Of a stretch of DNA of 64,000 nt, positions 56,995 through 64,000 are shown in pieces. Source of the stretch: Bacteroidales bacterium (lineage in GTDB: Bacteria; Bacteroidota; Bacteroidia; Bacteroidales; UBA7960); assembly GCA_003559735.1 (NCBI GenBank), contig PWKN01000117.1:20663-84662 (forward strand), in the 5' to 3' direction. Numbering within the stretch: the first letter of the stretch is position 1; each line of letters opens with the position of its first letter. Made by a program: the position numbers and the translations under genes. The notes under the pieces were generated by a model. It was not told where the DNA came from. It saw only the letters and a program-made list of their open reading frames with translations, and did no database searches.

Positions 56995-59766
56995 TTAACC
57001 CAGTTCAATCTCAAGAACATTACTGTCCCCGAATACAGAACCGAACTGCTCCATGCTGAAAAAAGCCGATTTCCGGTCGACGGAAACAACCCCGGAGACT
57101 TCCTGGTTGTTGAGTCTCACCCCAATTATGGTGTACGCTCCGTACTCTTTCTGCTGGCCATTATGATACACCACCCTGAGTTTTTTATTCCTGAAGTTAC
57201 AATTCATCACCGCTTTGCTGCCGTTCTTAAATTGTTCCTTTACGAGTTTGGGTTCAATGAACAGGTTTCCGTATTCGCCCCTTATGCCAAACATTTGCGT
57301 TACCAATACCAGCATCAGCCAGGTAGCCGCACCGGTAAGGTAATGATAGGCTCCATGTCCGTCCAGCTCAAAATAACTGGGAATGCCCGGAAAGATCCGG
57401 GCAGTGGCCGAATCATTGCATAATTTGAATACGTCACTGTATACTTCGTAACCCTCCTTTACAAATCCCCTCTTATACAGGCCATACATGTACATCACGT
57501 TTTGCTGCATCCATTTGCCGCCGTGTTCCTTGTGTCCATAAATAAAACCTGTAAGACGGCCAAAATAGAGTTTGTTTTCATTGAAGTTGCTGCACAGCCG
57601 CAATCCACCGGTGTGTTCATCCCTGAGGTAACGGCGCACGGATCTGTATATTTCGGGTATTTGTTCATCGGCAGCTGTTCCAAAAATAGTGGGGAGCACC
57701 TGTGATGTAAGATCCATTCTTACTCCCTTCTGATGATCGCCATGCACGCGGTTTTCCTGATTGTCATAATGTCCGTTGTAAAAAGAGTATCCCTCCTTTG
57801 TTGTAAGCCACTCTTTTTCACGAATGTGTTGAACCACCTCTTCTGCCTTTACAGTAAGATCCCGAATAACATCATCAACATCCACCTGAACTTTTTCGCC
57901 GCTTACAGTGTGTTTTACTTTTTCGTAATAGCTGAGAAGGTGATCTTTTCGCTTCTGCGGTGAACCATAGTCAACTTTTTCGTTCCCGGGCAGGGTATCC
58001 ATCAACACCAGCATTTCTTTGAGCAGGGGTATGGATTGTAACCCTTTTTCCTTAAGATGGCCAAGCAGGGAAGCCAGCGTTTTCATATTGCTGCCATACC
58101 AATTGTAAAAACACACCGATTCTCCCTTTTCGCCGGCCATATCATAGGTGTCGTTCCAGTCGGCTCCTTCGAGAAGAATGTTGTTGTGTTTGCCCACATT
58201 GAAAAACGAACACAAATGCTGCAGCAGGATGTGTTCAAGAATGGACCCTTTGTAAACAGTACCATTTACCGTTTTTTGCTTAAACCCATATGCTTCATTC
58301 CAATCTTCATCCTTTTTTTTGCTGCGGAATACGTGCATGTCTTTCCAGAAAGAAACCTCCTGAAACAGCACATCGAAATCGCCCGTTTGGTGCATGTAAA
58401 AGTTCAGCACAAAAAAAGGCCAGGTACCATGGTCGCTCCAGGTGCGGGGCACATTGTTCCGGTCGGCAACGAATTCGCCGGGTTTTGTGCCCACAATGGT
58501 AGCATTTGTGCCATCAACGCGTATGCCATTGAAATTGTTGATGATCTCCTGTTTTGCGTTTTCAGGGTCGATCAGGAAGATGGACAACAAATCTGAGAAC
58601 AGATCCCGCCAACCTCGTCCACCCCTGCCATAACCAAAGTCGGGCAGGTATGAATTTCCGTAAACCTGCCGGCAAATTAACTGGTAATTTACCCATTTGG
58701 TCCAGTTGTCAAATCCTGGATCGCCGGTTTCAAAGCTGACCTCATTTACTATTTTCTGCCAGTATTTGCGGGTTTGGTCAGCATCGGCTTCTGCCTTTTC
58801 AAGGGTTCCAAACTCAGTTTTCCACTCATTTTGGTCATTGGCATTATCGGTTATCCCGTTAATGACAATAAACGCCTGCTCCTCGCCGGACTGAAGGTTG
58901 GTGTCACTGAACCTCAATCCCCCTAAGGCTTCAAATCCATCAATTTGCCGGTTTTTGAACTCTTTTTCCGGTAAGTTTTCAATCACGGCCAATGGTTTAT
59001 CCAGACTGCCCCCTTCACCGGCAAAATCACGTACCGTCCTGAAAATATCGGTCGGTGCATTGCCCTGTTCATCGTATCCCAGTACCAGGTAGCTGGTGTT
59101 GTTGTCCGAATGTCCAAATTCATTGAAATTGATCCTTGGTCTTATGCTCACCCCATGCTCCTGGCGGAAGTTTTCAATAAACATGGTGGTAACATTCCTA
59201 TGGTCACGCAGATTGTCGGCCGAACGGCCATATAGCGGTACCGCTGCCCAGGGGGTAAACCTGATGGGATCAGACCCATTGTTTTTAACCTTTACAACCA
59301 TGATTTCAACAAAAGCATCCACCGGCGGCACAAAAATGCTGATGGTTGATTCGAGCTTTAAATCGTGGTTGGTTTTTTTAAGATGAAAAACACCTATTTC
59401 ACCTTTTGCAAGGGTGTCGATATTGTAATGCGCGGTTTTATCCCAGGCACTTACACCGGTCAGTGACCAGGGGACTTGCCCTTCTGTTCTTAGCCAGAAA
59501 TTCCGGCTGTTCACGATATGGTGAAAGTCTTCTGTAACCGCGGGGATGGAATGATAGTTGTGAAAAGAACTGCATATGTCTCCCTTTAATTGCGGGGTAA
59601 CCGAACATTTCATCCCATACCGGTTCATTACAGGGAAAAACAAACGGGATATTTCCTGTGGCTCCGGACAAACAAATGAACCGTCTGTTTGCCCTGTAAA
59701 CGCCCACAATTTCCCTTTGCCTGCTTTTACCGCCTTGCCTCCGGTTGAAGATTTATCGACCTGCAT
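56995..59766 (-). CDS. GH94-superfamily (cellobiose/chitobiose/beta-glucan phosphorylase-like) protein
   Basis: 923 aa. GRGGRGWRD, EGADWNDTYD and GEKGESV motifs resemble the GH94/COG3459 catalytic region. The substrate is unknown. Confidence 0.7.
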   Translation of the reverse strand: MQVDKSSTGGKAVKAGKGKLWAFTGQTDGSFVCPEPQEISRLFFPVMNRYGMKCSVTPQLKGDICSSFHNYHSIPAVTEDFHHIVNSRNFWLRTEGQVPWSLTGVSAWDKTAHYNIDTLAKGEIGVFHLKKTNHDLKLESTISIFVPPVDAFVEIMVVKVKNNGSDPIRFTPWAAVPLYGRSADNLRDHRNVTTMFIENFRQEHGVSIRPRINFNEFGHSDNNTSYLVLGYDEQGNAPTDIFRTVRDFAGEGGSLDKPLAVIENLPEKEFKNRQIDGFEALGGLRFSDTNLQSGEEQAFIVINGITDNANDQNEWKTEFGTLEKAEADADQTRKYWQKIVNEVSFETGDPGFDNWTKWVNYQLICRQVYGNSYLPDFGYGRGGRGWRDLFSDLLSIFLIDPENAKQEIINNFNGIRVDGTNATIVGTKPGEFVADRNNVPRTWSDHGTWPFFVLNFYMHQTGDFDVLFQEVSFWKDMHVFRSKKKDEDWNEAYGFKQKTVNGTVYKGSILEHILLQHLCSFFNVGKHNNILLEGADWNDTYDMAGEKGESVCFYNWYGSNMKTLASLLGHLKEKGLQSIPLLKEMLVLMDTLPGNEKVDYGSPQKRKDHLLSYYEKVKHTVSGEKVQVDVDDVIRDLTVKAEEVVQHIREKEWLTTKEGYSFYNGHYDNQENRVHGDHQKGVRMDLTSQVLPTIFGTAADEQIPEIYRSVRRYLRDEHTGGLRLCSNFNENKLYFGRLTGFIYGHKEHGGKWMQQNVMYMYGLYKRGFVKEGYEVYSDVFKLCNDSATARIFPGIPSYFELDGHGAYHYLTGAATWLMLVLVTQMFGIRGEYGNLFIEPKLVKEQFKNGSKAVMNCNFRNKKLRVVYHNGQQKEYGAYTIIGVRLNNQEVSGVVSVDRKSAFFSMEQFGSVFGDSNVLEIELG

Positions 59767-59780
59767 TTTACGATCCCGTT

Positions 59781-61319
59781 TTATAATTTAACAATTGATT
59801 TTTCGATCTCTTCCAGGGACTTTCCTTTGGTTTCGGGGATGAAAAGTTTCACAAATACAAATGTGCCGATCATGAACCCCGAGAACATAAAGAACGTATT
59901 TGCCTCTCCGATGGAGTCGAGCAGCCAGGGAAAGAGAAATGTTACCAGGAAACTGATGCTTCCGTTGAAAAAGCCTGCCAGTGAAATGGCCATACCCCTG
60001 ACATGGTTGGGAAAAATTTCTGAAAGCAGCACCCACATCACCGGTCCTATTGAAACAGCGAAAGATGCTACAAAGATGATGATGGCGATCAGTACGATCA
60101 GTCCGGGCAGGACTACTGATTTTTTAAGGATGTCCAGTTTGTACGATTGGAGCTCTTCCTGGGTTAACGCACCCTCCAATCCGGCAATGAACTCTTTTCT
60201 TGATTCATAAACCGTTCCCTTCAATGAAGATAGTTTTTGTGCAGAACCCGGGTCAAAGCTTTCTTCAAAGAAAACCATTGTTTCATCAGATATTGTGTAT
60301 TCGGCTGTTTTAAACGTAGTGCCAATGGTAAGATGGGCCAGGGCCATCCCTATGGCACCCACCAGGAGCAGCTTGCGACGGCCGAACTTATCGATCATGT
60401 TCATGGCCACGATTGTAAAGACCAGGTTTGTCAATCCGATAATAATGGCCTGCATCAATGCTGAATCACGCGCACTACCTGCTTTCTCAAATATTTCGGG
60501 CGAATAGTAAAAAATGGAGTTTATTCCCGTAAACTGCTGCAGCATACCCAATGTGATCCCGATAAGGAGAAAGTACTTAATTTTTCCTGCAAAGAGCGAA
60601 CCAATGACTTTTGTAAGGGGCATTCTTTCCTTGTCCTTTAACGACTCCCTGATTTCATCCATCCCAACACGGGCAAACTCTTCTCCTCCCACTTTCCGCA
60701 TAATTGCCTCAGCCTCCGGGATGCGTCCTTGTTGTACAAGCCATCGCGGACTCTCTGGGATGATCCAGAGTAAAATAAAATACATTAATGCGGGGAGGGT
60801 TTCAACACCAAGCATCCAGCGCCATACTGTATCGGTATCAATCAGTTCATAAAGCAGTCTGTTGGAGAAAAAAGAGAGGCTGATCCCAATGACAATGTTC
60901 AGCTGGTTGATAGACACCAGCCTGCCCCTTTTGGCTGGTGGTGCAATCTCTGCAATATAAACGGGGGCCACAAGAATGGCAATGCCAATTCCAAAACCTC
61001 CGAGCATCCTTGCGATAATAAAGAACCAGAATTCCTGGGCTGTTGCCGATGTTAATGCTGAGATGGCAAAAAGAACCGCTGTGATCAGTAGTGATTTTTT
61101 CCGGCCAATCTGGTTGCTTAAGGGTCCGGCCAACAGGTTTCCAATCATCGCGCCCAGCAGCACAGCACTTACCGACCACCCCAGGGCAATTTCGGTCAGC
61201 TGGAAATAATCGCGGATAAAGGGGATAACCCCTGAAATAAGGGCGCTGTCGAAACCCAGGAGAAAACCACCCAGGGCCACAATCGCAGAGATCATCAACG
61301 TGTAGGAACTTTTTTGCAT
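59781..61319 (-). CDS. MFS sugar-porter family transporter with an insertion of about 60 aa
   Basis: 512 aa with GRKKSLL, PESPRWL and PETKGKSLEEIE signatures. An extra soluble segment (TAEYTISDETMVFF...LDILKKSV) sits between late TM helices. Confidence 0.88.
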   Translation of the reverse strand: MQKSSYTLMISAIVALGGFLLGFDSALISGVIPFIRDYFQLTEIALGWSVSAVLLGAMIGNLLAGPLSNQIGRKKSLLITAVLFAISALTSATAQEFWFFIIARMLGGFGIGIAILVAPVYIAEIAPPAKRGRLVSINQLNIVIGISLSFFSNRLLYELIDTDTVWRWMLGVETLPALMYFILLWIIPESPRWLVQQGRIPEAEAIMRKVGGEEFARVGMDEIRESLKDKERMPLTKVIGSLFAGKIKYFLLIGITLGMLQQFTGINSIFYYSPEIFEKAGSARDSALMQAIIIGLTNLVFTIVAMNMIDKFGRRKLLLVGAIGMALAHLTIGTTFKTAEYTISDETMVFFEESFDPGSAQKLSSLKGTVYESRKEFIAGLEGALTQEELQSYKLDILKKSVVLPGLIVLIAIIIFVASFAVSIGPVMWVLLSEIFPNHVRGMAISLAGFFNGSISFLVTFLFPWLLDSIGEANTFFMFSGFMIGTFVFVKLFIPETKGKSLEEIEKSIVKL

Positions 61320-61501
61320 GGTCGAGTAGTGTTTGGTGAAACTTGAATTTTGAGAAAGACCTTATTAGATATGAGCGTCAGCACAACACATGCTAAACAA
61401 CAACCTGCTTTGTGGCACCGCTGTATTGCCTTTCGCACGTACAAAATTACACAAAAAAAAAGCAGCCCTTTTCAAAGTGGAATCATTCATTTGTTTTTTG
61501 T

Positions 61502-61509
61502 TACTTTTG
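61502..61509 (+). promoter_or_regulatory. Candidate -7 promoter box TACTTTTG for topA
   Basis: Exact TAnnTTTG match 20 nt upstream of ATG 61530. Confidence 0.35.
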
Positions 61510-61529
61510 CCCTTCCAAAAAAATGTCAT

Positions 61530-63854
61530 ATGACAAAGAACCTTGTAATAGTAGAGTCGCCCGCAAAAGCAAAAACCATCGAGGGTTTCCTGGGAAAAGA
61601 CTACACGGTGAAATCGAGTTTCGGTCATGTTCGTGATCTTCCTACCAACACGCTGGGCGTTCAGATAGAAAAAGGCTTTATGCCAGAATACGAGATTCCT
61701 GGCGACAAAAAGGCTGTGGTCAGGGATTTGAAAAAAATGGCAAAAAAGGTCGAAACGGTTTGGCTGGCAACGGATGAAGACAGGGAGGGAGAGGCCATTT
61801 CCTGGCATCTTGCAGAGAGCCTGCAGTTAAAGGAGGCTGATTACAAACGGATTGTCTTTCATGAGATCACCAAAAAAGCCATCACAGAGGCCATAAAAAA
61901 GCCCCGCGTAATTGACCGCAACCTGGTTGATGCACAGCAAGCCCGGCGTGTGCTGGACCGGCTGGTGGGGTTCGAGTTGTCTCCTTTGTTATGGAAAAAG
62001 GTCAAGCCCGCTTTATCGGCCGGCAGGGTTCAGTCGGTCGCTGTTCGTTTAATTGTTGAAAGAGAGAAAGAGATCCAGGGGTTCAAATCGGCCGGCAGTT
62101 ACCGGGTTACTGCTGTTTTTGAGACAGATCAGAAAGGCAGTAAAGTCAATATCCAGGCAGACCTGTCGGAGCGATTCAAAAAAAAGGAAGACGCGATGGC
62201 ATTTCTGGAAAAATGCAAAGATGCTGTCTTCACCATTAAAAAAGTGGAAACCAAACCTGCAAAGAAGTCGCCATCTCCACCCTTTACCACCTCCACCCTT
62301 CAGCAGGAAGCCGCCAGAAAACTGGGATTCTCCGTGTCGCGAACCATGTTGCTGGCCCAGAAGCTTTACGAAGCAGGGAAGATCACCTACATGCGTACCG
62401 ACTCTGTAAACTTGTCGGGCGCTGCCATGGCCATGGCCCGGGAAGAAGTGGAAGCCGCTTATGGAGAAGAATATGTCAGGCTGCGCAAATATGCCACCCG
62501 GAGCAAGGGGGCGCAGGAAGCACACGAGGCCATCAGGCCAACATATATGAATGCCAGAAAAGCAAGTGGGAACGCTTCCGAGCAGAAACTTTATGAGCTG
62601 ATCCGGAAGCGGACCCTGGCTTCCCAGATGAGTGATGCAAAGCTGGAAAAAACCACCATCACCATCGACATTTCGGGTGTCAGTCATTATTTCATTGCCA
62701 CTGGCGAAGTATTGAAGTTCGACGGTTTTTTAAAGGTTTACTTTGAGTCGACAGACGAAGAAGAGGAAGAAACACCGGCAGGGATACTGCCCCCCGTAAA
62801 AGAGAAACAGCAATTAACACTGAATGAGATCAACGCCACAGAGCGGTTTACGAAGCACCCACCAAGATATACCGAAGCGAGCCTGGTAAAAAAGCTCGAA
62901 GATCTTGGCATTGGCCGGCCCTCTACATATGCACCCACAATCAGCACCATACAAAAACGTACCTATGTCGTCAAGGAAAACCGTGAAGGGGTAAAGCGCA
63001 ATTACCAGGTGCTGACCCTGAAAAAAGGGAAGATATCCGCTGCGACCAAAGAAGAAATGACCGGTGCGGAAAAAAACAAATTGTTCCCCACCGATATCGG
63101 CATCGTTGTCAACAATTTTTTGATGCAGTATTTCGGCGAGATCATGGATTACCATTTCACTGCACGCGTGGAGCAGGAGTTTGATGAGGTTGCGGAAGGG
63201 AAAAAGCAGTGGAACAAGGTGATCAACGAGTTTTACCACCCTTTTCACAAGCAGGTTGAAGACACCCTGAAGAATTCTACCAGGCAAAAGGGACAACGTC
63301 TGCTGGGTCAGGACCCGAAGAGCGGTCAGAATGTATACGCAAGGATTGGACGTTTTGGTTCCATGATACAGATCGGAGAAGCAGGTGAGGAGGAAAAACC
63401 CCGTTTTGCAAGTCTGCGCAAGGACCAGGGACTGGAAACCATCACCCTGGAAGAAGCGCTCGAATTGTTCAAGCTGCCCCGCAAAACCGGCGAATATGAA
63501 GGCAAGGAAATGGTGGCGGCGGTGGGACGATACGGACCATATATCAGGCACGACGGACAGTTTTACTCAATTCCCGCCGATGAAGATCCGTTGACCATCT
63601 CTTCAGAAAAAGCCATTGAGGTCATTGAACAAAAAAGAGCGTATATGCGCAAGCGGATCATCAAATCTTTTGATGAAGCCCCGGATATTCGCATCATGAC
63701 CGGACGTTATGGTCCGTATGTGGCCGACGGCAAAAAAAATTACAAACTCCCCAAAACAAAGTCGCCCGAAGAGTTTACGCTCGAAGATGTAAAAAAAATC
63801 ATCAGCGACGGAACATCCGGTAAAAAAATCCGTAAAACAAAAAAACCGGATTGA
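61530..63854 (+). CDS. topA: DNA topoisomerase I
   Basis: MTKNLVIVESPAKAKTIEGFLG (TOPRIM) and WLATDEDREGE motifs. The start is taken at ATG 61530 inside ORF 61350. Confidence 0.96.
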   Translation: MTKNLVIVESPAKAKTIEGFLGKDYTVKSSFGHVRDLPTNTLGVQIEKGFMPEYEIPGDKKAVVRDLKKMAKKVETVWLATDEDREGEAISWHLAESLQLKEADYKRIVFHEITKKAITEAIKKPRVIDRNLVDAQQARRVLDRLVGFELSPLLWKKVKPALSAGRVQSVAVRLIVEREKEIQGFKSAGSYRVTAVFETDQKGSKVNIQADLSERFKKKEDAMAFLEKCKDAVFTIKKVETKPAKKSPSPPFTTSTLQQEAARKLGFSVSRTMLLAQKLYEAGKITYMRTDSVNLSGAAMAMAREEVEAAYGEEYVRLRKYATRSKGAQEAHEAIRPTYMNARKASGNASEQKLYELIRKRTLASQMSDAKLEKTTITIDISGVSHYFIATGEVLKFDGFLKVYFESTDEEEEETPAGILPPVKEKQQLTLNEINATERFTKHPPRYTEASLVKKLEDLGIGRPSTYAPTISTIQKRTYVVKENREGVKRNYQVLTLKKGKISAATKEEMTGAEKNKLFPTDIGIVVNNFLMQYFGEIMDYHFTARVEQEFDEVAEGKKQWNKVINEFYHPFHKQVEDTLKNSTRQKGQRLLGQDPKSGQNVYARIGRFGSMIQIGEAGEEEKPRFASLRKDQGLETITLEEALELFKLPRKTGEYEGKEMVAAVGRYGPYIRHDGQFYSIPADEDPLTISSEKAIEVIEQKRAYMRKRIIKSFDEAPDIRIMTGRYGPYVADGKKNYKLPKTKSPEEFTLEDVKKIISDGTSGKKIRKTKKPD

Positions 63855-63862
63855 CATACCAG

Positions 63863-64000
63863 ATGAATATCGCTGATTTTTTTGAGCCAGTTGACCAGAA
63901 CAAGCTGCACCTTGCACAGCAAAACCATCCCCTGCTGCTGGGGAGGTGCATCAGGGCGTTCACTGAAAGGAACAGTTTTCCCGAGCTTGCAGATATTGAC
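63863..64000 (+). CDS. 5' end of an unidentified CDS running off the window
   Basis: An open frame from ATG 63863 (MNIADFFEPVDQNKLHLAQQNHPLLLGRC...) has no stop before the window end. The product is not assignable from 46 codons. Confidence 0.4.
   Translation, partial: MNIADFFEPVDQNKLHLAQQNHPLLLGRCIRAFTERNSFPELADID

Noticed and set aside
1-64000. Mobile elements, CRISPR arrays, defence islands, tRNA/rRNA genes
   Set aside because: I looked for integrase, transposase or Cas-like ORFs, repeat-spacer periodicity and tRNA-like cloverleaf segments in the intergenic regions and recognised none. The window reads as core chromosome.

Overview
This 64-kb window looks like a Bacteroidota-type chromosome. 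The taxon call is an inference from three things: the DUF4270 / short glycogen synthase / panC / glmS neighbourhood, TAnnTTTG-like promoter boxes, and the lack of Shine-Dalgarno sequences. It is almost entirely housekeeping and core metabolism, with about 60 CDS. I recognised no rRNA, tRNA, CRISPR, transposase, integrase or defence genes. The centre is a dense amino-acid biosynthesis block: trpEGDCFBA plus a translationally coupled DAHP synthase on the minus strand; asnA; pheA-tyrA-DAHPS/chorismate mutase-aroB-aroE-aroA-aroC; and hisG-hisD-hisC::hisB(IGPD)-hisH-hisA-hisF-hisIE. The flanks carry nrdJ, an AbgT transporter, an EF-G paralogue, glmS, panCD, an S41 protease, dprA, ftsX, uppP, truB, queA, ispD, miaB, an MFS sugar porter with a GH94-like phosphorylase, and topA. 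The most interesting signal is below the 60-aa ORF-track cutoff. Five short leader ORFs are each packed with the amino acid made by the downstream genes: WWW before trpE, NNNNNN before asnA, two tandem Phe/Tyr-rich ORFs before pheA, and HHQHHRH before hisG. Each is followed by a GC-rich hairpin and a U-run, and a segment near the leader stop codon is complementary to the 5' arm of that terminator. This is the classical ribosome-mediated attenuation layout. The Asn leader and the tandem Phe/Tyr leaders are the least expected. Secondary observations are a HisC-IGPD gene fusion lacking a phosphatase domain, two DAHP synthase isozymes placed under different leaders, and three short direct repeats that duplicate the 3' ends of genes (rfaE2-like, HD-domain, aroC). 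Those repeats could be real micro-duplications or assembly artefacts.
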